Below, one piece after another: positions 10,091 to 21,300 of a stretch of 64,000 nt of DNA (position 1 is the first letter of the stretch; each line of letters begins with the position of its first letter). A program made the position numbers and the translations under genes. Where the stretch lies: the NCBI GenBank assembly GCA_030611885.1, contig JAUWOY010000011.1, positions 9,456 through 73,455 on the forward strand, in the 5' to 3' direction. The stretch comes from Chloroflexota bacterium. Lineage in GTDB: Bacteria > Chloroflexota > Anaerolineae > VGOG01. Under the pieces are notes generated by a model. It saw nothing but the letters and a program-made list of their open reading frames with translations. It searched no databases and was not told where the DNA came from.

Positions 10091-11086
10091 ATGTTTGAAA
10101 CGATTCTCGTGACCGGTGGCGCTGGCTACGTAGGTGCTGTGCTGGTACCGCAGATGTTGGAGCGTGGGTATAGAGTCAAGGTCCTGGACCTGTATATCTA
10201 TGGCGAGGATGTGCTAGACGCTGTCAAGGATCATCCCAACCTGGAGCAAATCAAGGGAGACATCCGAGATCAGGCCTTGCTACGGCAGGTGTTGCTGGGT
10301 TGCGATGTAGTGATCCACCTGGCCTGCATTTCCAACGACCCCAGCTTTGAACTCGATCCCAGTCTGGGCAAGTCCATCAACTACGACGCTTTCACCCCGC
10401 TGGTGGAGATCAGCAAGACCAGCGGCGTGCGCCGGTTCATCTACGCTTCCTCGTCCAGTGTCTATGGCGTCAAGGATGTGGAGAACGTGGACGAAACCAT
10501 GCCGCTGGAACCACTGACCGACTACTCGAAGTACAAAGCGCTGTGCGAGGAGATTCTGCTGCGCTACCAGTCGCCGGGTTTCACTACGGTCATCGTCCGC
10601 CCAGCCACGGTCTGTGGCTACTCGCCCCGACAGCGGCTGGATGTGATCGTCAACATTCTGACCAATCACGCGGTCAATACCGGCCAGATCAAAGTGTTCG
10701 GCGGTGAGCAGAAGCGTCCCAATATTCACATCCAGGACATGGTTGGCGTCTACTTGCTCCTGCTTGAACCGCCGGACGCAAAGATTGCCGGCAGGATCTT
10801 TAATGCCGGTTATGAGAATCACACGGTACGCGAACTGGCCGGGATGGTGCGCGATGTGGTCGGCCCGGAAAAGGTAAAACTGACCACTGTGCCGACGGAT
10901 GACCAGCGGTCTTATCATATTTCGTCAGCAAAGATCGCCCGGGAACTCGACTTCTGTCCCCGGCATATCATTGAAGAGGCGGTGCGCGATTTGGTGCAGG
11001 CCTTTGCCGACGGCCGTTTGCCCAACTCTATGACAGATTCACGCTACTTTAACATCAAGCGCATGCAGGAGATTAACTTAAAATGA
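10091..11086 (+). CDS. NAD-dependent epimerase/dehydratase (extended SDR)
   Basis: GGAGYVG, ASSSSVYG, YSKYK. Confidence 0.9.
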   Translation: MFETILVTGGAGYVGAVLVPQMLERGYRVKVLDLYIYGEDVLDAVKDHPNLEQIKGDIRDQALLRQVLLGCDVVIHLACISNDPSFELDPSLGKSINYDAFTPLVEISKTSGVRRFIYASSSSVYGVKDVENVDETMPLEPLTDYSKYKALCEEILLRYQSPGFTTVIVRPATVCGYSPRQRLDVIVNILTNHAVNTGQIKVFGGEQKRPNIHIQDMVGVYLLLLEPPDAKIAGRIFNAGYENHTVRELAGMVRDVVGPEKVKLTTVPTDDQRSYHISSAKIARELDFCPRHIIEEAVRDLVQAFADGRLPNSMTDSRYFNIKRMQEINLK

Positions 11087-12198
11087 GCAGGGTACAGGTT
11101 CCCTACATAAACTTGCCATTACAACACCGACCGCTCAAGCCGCAACTTTTGGCGGCGGTGGAGCGAGTTCTCGACCATGGCCAATTCATTCTAGGCCCCG
11201 AGGTCTCTGCTTTCGAAGAGCGCTTTGCAGCCTACTGTGAAACCCAATACGCAATCGGTGTGGACAACGGCACCAGCGCATTGTTTCTGGTCCTGCGGGC
11301 GCTGGGCATTGGGCCTGGGGATGAGGTGATCACACCACCTAACTCCTTCCTGGCTTCGGCCTCCTGCATTGCCCTCGTCGGCGCGCGGCCCGTTTTTGTG
11401 GACGTGCGCGATGACTTTAACATTGACCCTGGTTTATTAGAAGACGCCATTACACCCCGCACCAGGGCCATCATCCCGGTGCATCTGACCGGACGCCCGG
11501 CCGATATGCATCCCATCCTGGAGATTGCGCAGCGGCACGGCATCCACGTTGTGGAAGATTGCGCCCAGGCGGTGGGTGCTCGTTACCACGACCAGCGGGT
11601 GGGCAGTTTTGGCGTCGCTGGTTGCTTCAGCCTGCATCCGTTGAAAACCCTCAACGCAGTTGGGGACGGGGGCGTGATCACCACCAACGACTCTGCCCTT
11701 TACGAGATGTTGCGCAAGGCACGTAATCACGGCCTGCGTAATCGCGACGAGTGCGAGTTCTGGAGCCACAATTGCCGGCTGGATACTATCCAGGCAGCCA
11801 TGTTGTTGGTCAAGATGGACTACCTGGATCAATGGGCCGAAGCGCGCCGGGCCATTGCCGCTTTTTATCGGAAATTCCTGCGGGATGTAGTCGCGCAAGT
11901 GCCGGAGGACAAATCTCACGAGTATGCCGTCTACCACACATTCATCATCCAGGCCGAGCGACGGGATGAACTTCAGGACTACCTGCTTGAAGAAGGAGTA
12001 GAGACCAAAGTGCATTACCCAATTCCCATCCACTTGCAAGACGCGGCCCGGTCGCTGGGCTATGGGCCGGGCAGCTTCCCTGTCGCTGAGCGTCAGACGC
12101 AGCGTATCTTGAGCTTGCCTGTGTATCCAGAGTTGATGGATGCTCAACGAGACTGGGTTGTCTATACTATCAAGCGATTCCACAAGCCAATCCGGTGA
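11083..12198 (+). CDS. DegT-family aminotransferase 2
   Basis: NGTSAL, EDCAQAVG, SLHPLKTLNAVGDGG. Confidence 0.9.
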   Translation: MSRVQVPYINLPLQHRPLKPQLLAAVERVLDHGQFILGPEVSAFEERFAAYCETQYAIGVDNGTSALFLVLRALGIGPGDEVITPPNSFLASASCIALVGARPVFVDVRDDFNIDPGLLEDAITPRTRAIIPVHLTGRPADMHPILEIAQRHGIHVVEDCAQAVGARYHDQRVGSFGVAGCFSLHPLKTLNAVGDGGVITTNDSALYEMLRKARNHGLRNRDECEFWSHNCRLDTIQAAMLLVKMDYLDQWAEARRAIAAFYRKFLRDVVAQVPEDKSHEYAVYHTFIIQAERRDELQDYLLEEGVETKVHYPIPIHLQDAARSLGYGPGSFPVAERQTQRILSLPVYPELMDAQRDWVVYTIKRFHKPIR

Positions 12199-12213
12199 AG
12201 GAGCGGGAGCGAT

Positions 12214-13224
12214 ATGACCGTCGGCGTGAAGGAATTCAAGAGATGTCTGGTGACAGGCGGTGCCGGTTTTATCGGCAGTCATCTGGTAGATCGGTTGCTC
12301 AGCGACGGTCACGCGGTGATTGTCCTCGACAACTTTTCCACCGGCCGGCTGCAAAACCTGGCCCGCCAACAAGAGGTGGCCCAATTGCAGATTGTGCAGG
12401 TGGACGTGGCTGACCATGCGGCCATTCCCTCGTACTTTGAAGATGTGGACTGGGTCTTTCATCTGGCAGCCCTGGCAGACATTGTGCCCTCCATCCAACG
12501 CCCGTTGAACTATCACCACGCCAACGTGGACGGCACGGTCAGCGTGTTGGAAGCAGCCCGGCAGGCCGGCGTCAAGCGCTTCGTCTATGTGGCCTCCTCC
12601 TCCTATTATGGCATTCCAGACGTCTATCCCACGCCCGAAACAGCGCCGATTCGCCCCCAATATCCCTACGCCTTGACCAAGTACCTGGGCGAACTGGCGA
12701 CGTTACACTGGGGCCAGGTTTATGGATTGCCGGTGGTTTCCTTGCGCCTCTTTAATGTCTATGGCCCCCGTTCCCGCACCTCCGGCGCCTACGGCGCAGT
12801 TTTCGGGGTCTTTTTGGCGCAGAAACTGGCCGGGCAACCCTTTACCGTGGTCGGAGACGGCACCCAAACCCGTGACTTTACTTTTGTCACCGACGTGGTG
12901 AATGCCTGTGTGATGGCAGCCGAATCGGACCTGGTGGGCGAGGTGATGAACGTGGGCAGTGGCAACACATATAGTGTGAATCGCCTGGTCGAACTATTGG
13001 GCGGCGATGTCACCTACATTCCCAAGCGGCCTGGCGAACCCGATTGCACCTTTGCCGACACCACCAGGATCAAACGCTTGTTGGGTTGGGAGCCTCAGGT
13101 GTCGTTCGAAGAGGGCGTGCAGATCATGTTAGACAACATTGACTACTGGCGCGAAGCGCCGGTGTGGACGCCGGACACAATCGCCGAGGCGACCCAAGAC
13201 TGGTTTGCGTATTTAGGGCAGTGA
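12214..13224 (+). CDS. NAD-dependent epimerase/dehydratase (SDR)
   Basis: GGAGFIG, YALTK, FNVYGPR, RDF. Confidence 0.9.
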   Translation: MTVGVKEFKRCLVTGGAGFIGSHLVDRLLSDGHAVIVLDNFSTGRLQNLARQQEVAQLQIVQVDVADHAAIPSYFEDVDWVFHLAALADIVPSIQRPLNYHHANVDGTVSVLEAARQAGVKRFVYVASSSYYGIPDVYPTPETAPIRPQYPYALTKYLGELATLHWGQVYGLPVVSLRLFNVYGPRSRTSGAYGAVFGVFLAQKLAGQPFTVVGDGTQTRDFTFVTDVVNACVMAAESDLVGEVMNVGSGNTYSVNRLVELLGGDVTYIPKRPGEPDCTFADTTRIKRLLGWEPQVSFEEGVQIMLDNIDYWREAPVWTPDTIAEATQDWFAYLGQ

Positions 13225-13256
13225 ATGTCTGAGCCCGACCAAGAGATTACGAGAAA

Positions 13257-14768
13257 ATGACCAACAGTAACACCAAGATCAAAACCATCGAAGAGCTGGC
13301 CGGCATTGTGGCCCGGTTGAAGCGAGATGGCAAAACAGTGGTACATAGCCACGGGGACTTTGACCTGTTGCATCCGGGGCATATCCGGCACTTTCAGGCT
13401 GCGCGCGCCCTGGGAGATGTACTGATCGTCACCCTGACGCAGGACCAGGATATCCACAGAGGCCCCGATCGGCCAGTTTTTGGGCAGCAACTACGCGCCG
13501 AATCGCTTGCCGCTTTGGCCTCCGTGGACTATGTGGCGATCAATCCCTGGCCAACCGCTGCCCAGGCCATTCGCAGGCTAAAGCCCCATATCTATGTCAA
13601 TGGAGCAGAGTCAGCAGACGAGTTGACAGGAGAGGAAAGGGAAGCCGTTGAAGCGGTGGGGGGACGCATTGAGTTCACCCACGACGTCACCTTTAGTTCA
13701 ACGCACTTGATCAACCAGTATCTGGACGTCTTTCCCGAGCAGACACGTTCTTTCTTGGAAGCATTTCGCGCCCGTCACTCGGCTGACGAACTCACCGCGC
13801 GCCTGCAAAGTCTAGCCAATCTGCGGGTGCTGGTCATTGGTGACGCGATCATTGATGAGTATCACTACGCTCACGCAATGGGCAAGTCGTCCAAGTCGGC
13901 TACAATCGTGGCACGCTTTTTGGGAGGAGAGACTTATGCTGGGGGTGCGCTGGCGGTCTGTAACCACGTAGCGGGTTTTTGCCAGGAGGTTGACCTGGTC
14001 ACCTGCCTGGGCACGGAAGGTTCGTATGAAGACTTTATCCGTAGCGCGCTGAAACCGAACGTCAGCCCCTGCTTCTTTCTCTGGCCCGGTGCGCCGACGG
14101 TGGTAAAGCGTCGCTTTGTTGATCCGTTTATGCTAAACAAGATGTTTGAAATCTGTTTCCTCAGTGACCAGGAATTGCCCGGCGAGGTGCGTCAGGAGGT
14201 CGCTGACTATCTGGAGCAAACTCTGGATGCCTACGACCTGGTGATTGTGGCGGACTTTGGACATGGCTTGTTGGGTGTGGACCTGGCGCGGTTCATTAGT
14301 GAACACGCCCCCTTCCTGGCGCTGAGCGTCCAGGCTAACAGCGCCAATCTGGGCTTTAACGTGGTCACCAAGTTCCCGCACGCCGATTATATATGCATTG
14401 ACGAGCAAGAAGTGCGCCTGGCGTTGCACGATCGCATTACGCCGGTGGAGGGGTTGTTGCACACCGTGGCCGGGCAGATGCAATGCCGGTTGGTCGCTGT
14501 GACATTGGGTTCACGCGGATCATTGACGTATTCCTCGAACGCTGATACAGTCTCTATTCCAGCATTGTCGCGAAAAGTAGTGGATACGGTCGGCGCAGGT
14601 GATGCATACATGGCGGTTTCGTCGCTGTGTGCAGTTGCGGACGCACCAGCGGAAATAGTTGGGTTTGTCGGGAATGTGGCTGGCGCTCTGGCGGCCTGTA
14701 TCGTTGGGAATAAGGAATCTATTGATTTGGAATCGGTGCGTGATTTCATAGTAACTTTGCTGAAATAG
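13257..14768 (+). CDS. Bifunctional cytidylyltransferase-fold + PfkB sugar kinase (HldE-like, reversed domain order)
   Basis: N-terminal GDFDLLHPGH; C-terminal VIGDAIIDEY and DTVGAGD. Confidence 0.85.
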   Translation: MTNSNTKIKTIEELAGIVARLKRDGKTVVHSHGDFDLLHPGHIRHFQAARALGDVLIVTLTQDQDIHRGPDRPVFGQQLRAESLAALASVDYVAINPWPTAAQAIRRLKPHIYVNGAESADELTGEEREAVEAVGGRIEFTHDVTFSSTHLINQYLDVFPEQTRSFLEAFRARHSADELTARLQSLANLRVLVIGDAIIDEYHYAHAMGKSSKSATIVARFLGGETYAGGALAVCNHVAGFCQEVDLVTCLGTEGSYEDFIRSALKPNVSPCFFLWPGAPTVVKRRFVDPFMLNKMFEICFLSDQELPGEVRQEVADYLEQTLDAYDLVIVADFGHGLLGVDLARFISEHAPFLALSVQANSANLGFNVVTKFPHADYICIDEQEVRLALHDRITPVEGLLHTVAGQMQCRLVAVTLGSRGSLTYSSNADTVSIPALSRKVVDTVGAGDAYMAVSSLCAVADAPAEIVGFVGNVAGALAACIVGNKESIDLESVRDFIVTLLK

Positions 14769-14779
14769 TGGGGCCAGCT

Positions 14780-14813
14780 TCCCCCCCTGATTTCGGGGGG
14801 GACTGAGGGGGGC
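14780..14813. repeat. C7/G7 miniature hairpin element
   Basis: TCCCCCCC-TGATTTC-GGGGGGGA followed by CTGAGGGGGGC in a 48-bp intergenic gap. Confidence 0.6.
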
Positions 14814-14816
14814 AAA

Positions 14817-15443
14817 GTGGACAGGCGAGTGGCAGTTTTCCTGGATCGTGACGGGGTGATTATTCGCGATGTTCACCTGCTAACCCGGTCGTCGGAAATC
14901 CAGCTCTATCCGTATTCGGCTGCCGCGATTCGCGCTTTGAAAGACGCGGGCTTCCTGGTTATCGTCGTGAGCAATCAGACGGTTGTCGCACGCGGGCTGG
15001 CGACAGAGGCGGACGTCGAGCGCATGAACGCCGAGATCCAGCGTCTCCTCCAGCAGGCAACCGGGGCCAGTATTGATGCCTTTTATTCTTGCCCCCATCA
15101 TCCCCATGCGACGATGCCGGCATACCGCGTGATCTGTGAATGTCGCAAGCCACGACCGGGCCTGTTGCTACGAGCCGCCCAGGAGCATCACGTTGATCTA
15201 GCCGCCAGCTACATGGTGGGTGACCGTATAACCGACATCATTGCGGGCAAGCGCGCGGGATGTACATCCGTCCTGGTGCAGACCGGCGCGCATACGCACA
15301 AGCCGATTGAAACGGATGAAGATTTGTCGCGATTTGACGGGCAACCTGATTTTATCTGTGCTGATCTGGGCGAGGCGGTGGACTATATAAAAGCGGTCAA
15401 CGGTCAGCGGTCAGCCATCAGCCTGGAGCAGGCCGAACGATGA
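14817..15443 (+). CDS. gmhB: D,D-heptose 1,7-bisphosphate phosphatase (HAD)
   Basis: FLDRDGV, SNQ, CPHHP…CECRKP, MVGD. Confidence 0.9.
   Translation: MDRRVAVFLDRDGVIIRDVHLLTRSSEIQLYPYSAAAIRALKDAGFLVIVVSNQTVVARGLATEADVERMNAEIQRLLQQATGASIDAFYSCPHHPHATMPAYRVICECRKPRPGLLLRAAQEHHVDLAASYMVGDRITDIIAGKRAGCTSVLVQTGAHTHKPIETDEDLSRFDGQPDFICADLGEAVDYIKAVNGQRSAISLEQAER
15393..15423 (+). repeat. Heptamer array GCGGTCA-type x4 in the gmhB 3' end
   Basis: GCGGTCA ACGGTCA GCGGTCA GCCATCA encodes AVNGQRSAIS. Confidence 0.8.
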
Positions 15444-16180
15444 GAGCTATGGTGTTATGTGCTGGTTATGGCATCCGCCTGGGTGATTTGACCCGCAGAC
15501 TCCCCAAGCCGATGCTGCCGTTGCACGATAAGCCGCTGTTGGCCTACACGTTGCGTTATCTGGCCCAGAACGGCTTTACTGAAATTGCGATCAACCTGCA
15601 CTATATGCCGGACATGATCCCAGCTTACTTTGGGAGTGGCGAGGAGTTTGGGATCAAGATTGTGTATTCCTACGAGGAGCAACTCTTGGGCACAGCCGGC
15701 GGTCCGAAACAAGTTGAGGATTTTCTAGCAACGGAGGGGGATTTCCTGGTCTTGTACGGAGACTTGCTCATTGACCAGCACCTGGCGCCCATGGTGGCTC
15801 TGCATCGTGAGAGAAGCGGAATCGCGACGTTGATGGTCCACCAGCGTCACGCTTCAAACAGCCTGGTATGTATGGACCAAACACATCGGATTACCGGCTT
15901 CCTGGAGCGGCCTACCGAAGATCAGCGACGGGCCAACCCATTCCCGTGGGTCAATTCAGGGGTGTATTTGCTTAATGCAAAGATATTCGAGTATATTCCG
16001 CCTGATGTGCCGTATGACTTTCCGCGTGATGTGTTTGCCAAACTGGTTCGACATCCGGATAAGCACCTCTATGGTTTCCCTTTAACAGCGTACCGTTGCG
16101 CCATCGACTCGCCAAAGCGGTACAAAGAAGCCCAGGCAGCTATTACAGAAGGGCGGTATCAAGGTCCGTTCAGCTCCTAA
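15440..16180 (+). CDS. Sugar-1-phosphate nucleotidyltransferase (HddC/GmhD-like)
   Basis: LCAGYGIRL…PKPMLP, LGTAGG, YGD, NSGVY. Confidence 0.85.
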   Translation: MRAMVLCAGYGIRLGDLTRRLPKPMLPLHDKPLLAYTLRYLAQNGFTEIAINLHYMPDMIPAYFGSGEEFGIKIVYSYEEQLLGTAGGPKQVEDFLATEGDFLVLYGDLLIDQHLAPMVALHRERSGIATLMVHQRHASNSLVCMDQTHRITGFLERPTEDQRRANPFPWVNSGVYLLNAKIFEYIPPDVPYDFPRDVFAKLVRHPDKHLYGFPLTAYRCAIDSPKRYKEAQAAITEGRYQGPFSS

Positions 16181-16199
16181 ACGGCGGAGAGTTACCAGG

Positions 16200-16775
16200 A
16201 TGTCTCTTGTTCAAGAGTATTTTATGGCATTGACACAAGCCTTGGAGAGTACAGTCGTCACTGATGCAAAAGGGGCACAGTGTGATCTGGAGAACGGAAT
16301 TGAACAGGCAATCACTTTGTTCCTGCGACAGACACGCCTGGGGGGAAAACTGATGTTCATCGGCAATGGGGCTAGCGCCAGCATCTCCAGCCACCAAGCC
16401 GTTGACTACTGGAAACGTGGGGGGCTGCGCGCTATGGCGTTCAACGATCCAACGTTATTGACATGCATCAGTAATGATTTTGGGTACCCTCACGTGTTCG
16501 AAAAGCCTATTGAGATGTTTGCCAACCCCAATGATGTGTTGGTCGCCATCAGCAACTCCGGCAATTCGCCCAATATCCTCAATGCGGTGCAGGCGGCGCG
16601 TAGCATTGGATGTGCGGTGGTCACGCTATCGGGATTAAGACCAGACAACCAGTTGCGGGCGTCGGGAGACCTGAACTTCTATGTGCCCGCGCCCGAGTAC
16701 GGACACGTGGAAATTGCACACCTGGCCATTTTGCATTGCATCATTGATACGATTATCGAGGGAGGTTCAGTATGA
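16200..16775 (+). CDS. gmhA: Phosphoheptose isomerase (SIS domain)
   Basis: GNGASAS, ISNDFGY, SNSGNSPN, VEIAH. Confidence 0.8.
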   Translation: MSLVQEYFMALTQALESTVVTDAKGAQCDLENGIEQAITLFLRQTRLGGKLMFIGNGASASISSHQAVDYWKRGGLRAMAFNDPTLLTCISNDFGYPHVFEKPIEMFANPNDVLVAISNSGNSPNILNAVQAARSIGCAVVTLSGLRPDNQLRASGDLNFYVPAPEYGHVEIAHLAILHCIIDTIIEGGSV

Positions 16776-17977
16776 ATATTCTCTTTACCAGGCGACGGGC
16801 ACACGTACGCGTGTTGCGGCTGGCGGCCGGGCTCCGGCGCACGGGGCGACACAAGTTGTTCCTGTTGTATGGAACGAATGTCGGCCGCTTGATGCATATG
16901 TACCGTTGGCTGATGGGCTTGTTGCGCGGCCAGTGGTACCGCCCCGCCGGACTGTTGAAGTCAGATGTGTATCGTGGTTTGTTTGACGGGATAGATACTT
17001 ATGCTTCTGCCGGTGAATTGGCTCGCAAGCTTCAGCGGTATTGTGATGTAGACATTGTCCACGCGCTGGCGGAACCGAATGTAGACGTCGAGGTGGCAAT
17101 ACGATCGGCGAACAGTCGTGTTGTGTTCGACCCAGTCGATATTACCAGTATGCGTTTTGGCGACAATAAGCAAGTGAATCAGGCTGAATTAGAGGCGGAG
17201 AGATTCTGTTTTGAACACACCCATGGAATCGTGCATAAGGGCCCGGAAATCCAGTACGCCCGGGAACGTTATGCAATTCAGTGTCCCACGTTGCATTTTA
17301 GTAATTATTGCATGGATGATTGGATTGTGAAGGACCCTTTACCCAAGCGCTCACAACGAGACACAGAATGGCACTTCGTGATAGCTGGGGGCATTTCCCC
17401 ACTTTTCATATCGCCGCGGGGGTACGAGTACAATCAGTATGGTGAGTTGGCAAAGCGCCTGGCGCAACAACGAATCCACCTTCATCTTTACCCTCCGCCA
17501 ACACAGGGGAATCCACTGGCCACGTACGCCCTACTTGCTGCGCGCAATCCGTACCTGCACTTGCACAACGGTCTGCCCGCCAGTGAAATTGGCCAGGAGA
17601 TCAGCCAATATGATTTTGGAATCTGGATTCACCCCAAGAATCCGTTGGTAACAGATGATAGCTATAGGCTGGCAATCGGCAACAAGTTCTTTACGTACCT
17701 GGAAAGCGGATTGCCGATTATCATCAACCATGACCTGGTGTACGGTAGTGAACTGGTTCGGGAACATCGGGTTGGGATTGTGTTTAACTACGATCGTGAG
17801 GTAGACCAGTTAAAGAATATCATTGCGGCCTGTGACTATCAAGCGCTATGTACCAATGTCAGGGCCGCCAGAGAACAACTTGCGCTGAGCCAGCAGATTG
17901 CGCGTCTGGAGGAGTTCTATCGTCTTGTGTTGCACCAGGTTGGGCCAAGGTCTCCGACAGGTTCCTCCATCAGTTGA
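16772..17977 (+). CDS. Glycosyltransferase-like protein (GT-B fold)
   Basis: C-terminal YDFG…NKFFTYLESGLPII acceptor-lobe motif; operonic overlap. Confidence 0.6.
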   Translation: MNILFTRRRAHVRVLRLAAGLRRTGRHKLFLLYGTNVGRLMHMYRWLMGLLRGQWYRPAGLLKSDVYRGLFDGIDTYASAGELARKLQRYCDVDIVHALAEPNVDVEVAIRSANSRVVFDPVDITSMRFGDNKQVNQAELEAERFCFEHTHGIVHKGPEIQYARERYAIQCPTLHFSNYCMDDWIVKDPLPKRSQRDTEWHFVIAGGISPLFISPRGYEYNQYGELAKRLAQQRIHLHLYPPPTQGNPLATYALLAARNPYLHLHNGLPASEIGQEISQYDFGIWIHPKNPLVTDDSYRLAIGNKFFTYLESGLPIIINHDLVYGSELVREHRVGIVFNYDREVDQLKNIIAACDYQALCTNVRAAREQLALSQQIARLEEFYRLVLHQVGPRSPTGSSIS

Positions 17978-18339
17978 TTCTGTCGAAAAGTGTGTTGCGG
18001 ATACGGTGCGCTTGCCTTTGCCAGAAAACAATGCCCTTGTTGACCAACCCGATCCGGCGCTAGCAGTCGGACGATCAGGTGCAAGTTCATTGGCCATATC
18101 TGCCTCGCCTAGCCGGCATCCGGGTTGACTATAAAGCGTTGCTGGCTATCCCTGCTGCGCGGACTCGTAGTCTCGAGCATCTACCTTCTGAGAATGATCA
18201 TGCCAACTCTTCCCGGTATGACGCTGGCTATGGCTATCTTTGTCTGGATCGGCACTAAGGTCTGGCATCCTGAACAGTACTTAGTCCACCGGCAGCGCAG
18301 GGTCGTCTCTCTCAAATGCGCTCGAGGGGTAATGCGGAT

Positions 18340-21300
18340 ATGCTCATCTATGCTCTCGGGATCACGTCGCTGATTGCGTCGGTTGCGATACAACTTGGGT
18401 TGGTGGCGCTTCCCAACTCGATGCTGTCCACTCTCATCAGTACCGGAGTGCTTTTCGTTCTGCCAGGTTTTTTGTTCTCAGAGCTGCTTCTTGGACAAGA
18501 TAAGCTGTCTCTCATTGAAAAGCTGGCCACGTCCTTCGTCCTGGGGATCGGATTACTGATCATCCCTGGCACGGTCTTACTGGCCTGGCGGGCCAGCCTG
18601 ACTAGCCTGATATGGGTATCCGTAGGCACCAACGTGATCCTGATCGTGCTGCACATGGTGATGCGGCCCGGGGACAGACAACCCCGAGTAGTCGCCAAAG
18701 CAACAGGGTGGCGCAGTGTGCCGAAGCGGATGTGGTGTGCTATCTGGGGAAGTAAGGATCCCAATTTGGAGTTTGTCCTTCTGTCGGTTGTCTTGGTAAT
18801 ACTTATTGCGTTCTTACTCTATTTCATCAAGTCTGAGGCGAGGATGTGGGGCTACGGCACCGAAGACGGTTGGTCCTACGCCCCGTATGTGCGCAGGTAT
18901 GTTGATGATTCCTGTCTCAATCCCGACGGCACGGTCTGTCCGAAGCTAGACGGGAGGGTGCGCCTTTCAACCTGGTTGGCTCTGTTGGCGCTGGTGGGTA
19001 GGGTCTCCCAAGCAAATCTGAATGATATGTACTGGCTCCACCTGACGCCTATTTTTGCAGGTGCCTGTGTTCTGAGTTCCTATACTCTCGCCAAGACTTT
19101 GTTCAGACGGACCAACGCTGCGCTATTTGCGTCCCTTGTGCAGATGGGCTACTATGCCACCTCGATGATCAAGGATACACACCACTGTTACAGCGACGGG
19201 CTCGCATTGTTCGCGCGGATTCACGAGGACAAGTGGTTTGCCGTCTGGGTGGTTTTCCCCATAGCACTCGTGTTTGCGTTCAGATATCTTGAAACAAGGA
19301 GGCCTAGATACCTGGCAGGTTTTGTGCTTTCTGCTGCGGCGGCGACAATCATTCACCCCATGGGGTATGCTTCGCTGGGTCTTGGCCTTGCCTCTTTTGC
19401 CCTGGTTCACGTTCTCTCCAGTTTGTGTCCTGGTCAGCAACTAGGAAAAACCAAATCCAGATCCGTCTCATGGTTGCACTTCTTATGGCATCAACTCCTG
19501 AGGGGAAAAACCAAGTTTGTGGCCTTCGGTATTCTATTTGTGATTCTCGGATGCCTGCTCATCCATCCCTGGCTGGCGAGGCAGGCGTTGATCCAAGCAG
19601 GGAGCAAAGCCTTTTCACTAGAGGATCTCCCTAACGTGGAGTATCTCATTGATTTCTACAACCAGCGGCGCCACTTGGTTATGTCCTCTCTAGATTGGTA
19701 TAGGGCTCGTTCCACGCTTTTGGAGCATCCTGTGATTATTTTGGCCCTCTTACTAACGCCAGCACTGATCAAGTACCTGCGCAGAGATTGGGCCGCTCAG
19801 TTTCTTTTTTCGAACATGGTCTTGCCGCTCATTGTGATCTATAATCCTCTGACAGCGCCCTTGTTGGGCAAGTTGATTCCAGCCGGTATACTCTTTCGCG
19901 TTCGTTATATGCTGCCCATATCGCTTGTGGTCGGGTTTGTGTTGTATAAGCTGATCGAGTTCTTGCGGCAGCGCCTAGTCGCCGCTCGTGTTCTGGCACC
20001 TCAACGCATCCTGTGGTCGGCGTTGCCGCTGTGCGTAGTTGCAGGTCTCATCGCATCATTGCATGGTATGATTGGGGATGGCATCAGCGAGATCTCCCAG
20101 TGGGTCTCCGTCAACCCCGCTCAACGTGATGTGTTGGAATATTTGCACGATTACTTGACCGAGGAAAGTGTGGTTTTGGCGGATCCGGAGCAGATGATTC
20201 ACCACTTGCCCGCTTTCACTAGCAAGACTTATCCCTTAATTCACAGGAGTTGGGCGATTGACTCGGACGTTGTGGACAATGTCGAGTACTTTTACGACGC
20301 CGAGCTTGTTGATCGTTCGATAATTGATACACTGCGCCGCTACGATGTCAGATACGTGATCATTGAGGGAGGGAGTTCCCTTGGCCTGCAATTCAGGTTG
20401 CTGCCGTATCTGTTCCCGAAGATATATCACAATGACACTTACGAACTATATGAAGTAGCCTCTGAGTTACGGCCCAACCATGTTATCACCGGCAACACCT
20501 ATCTCGTCGGTGGAGAATGGGACAAGGCCATCGCCGAGTACGAGGCAGCTCTCACACTTGATCCCGACTGCCCTCTGGCTCATCTTGGACTGAGTCAGGT
20601 ATATCAAGCCCGAAGTGAAATGGAGATCGAATTAGCGAAGCGGGCGAGAGCAACAGCCGACCTATTGGCTCACCTCGAACTGAATCGGGAATATCAAGCC
20701 CTGGCTGAAATAGAGATCGAATTAGCGGAGCACGAGAGAGCAATGGCCGACCTATTGGCTCGCCTTGAACTGAATCGGGAGTATCAAGCCCTGGCTGAAA
20801 TGGAAAAAGCCGTAGTGGAACTCGATAGGGCGGTGGCAGCAAGCCCAGAAAATGCGGGACTGCATTTCTATGTCGGGCAAACATACGCAAACTTGGCGGA
20901 GATGACGGAAACCGGTGCTCAGACTTACCTCCAAAAGGCTGCTGAAGCGTATCGGCGATCTTGGGCCCTCAACTGGGAAAACACCACAGCAGGCGAAGAG
21001 TTGATGGAAACGTGCGAGAAACTGGAAACCTGCTATCAGCAGGCCTGGTGCCAGCAACCAGGCATGCTCGACGAGGTGATAGCGCACTTTGAAAAGGCAG
21101 TAGAGTTGAATCCAGAAGATGGCGAATTGCAACTCACGCTGGCGCGCTGCTACAAAGCGGCGGGGTGCTATGAGGAAGCAATCGCTTCCTATCTGGCTGC
21201 CGCCGATGTAGCAGCGGATGGGCACACGAAGGCGGATCTCTTTGCAAAGGTAGGCCAGATCTATGAGGCCCAAGGCCAGATCTACGAGGCTCAAGACCAA

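Noticed and set aside
17978-18339. 360-bp spacer as an ncRNA or small gene
   Set aside because: No convincing RBS, motif or stable long stem seen.
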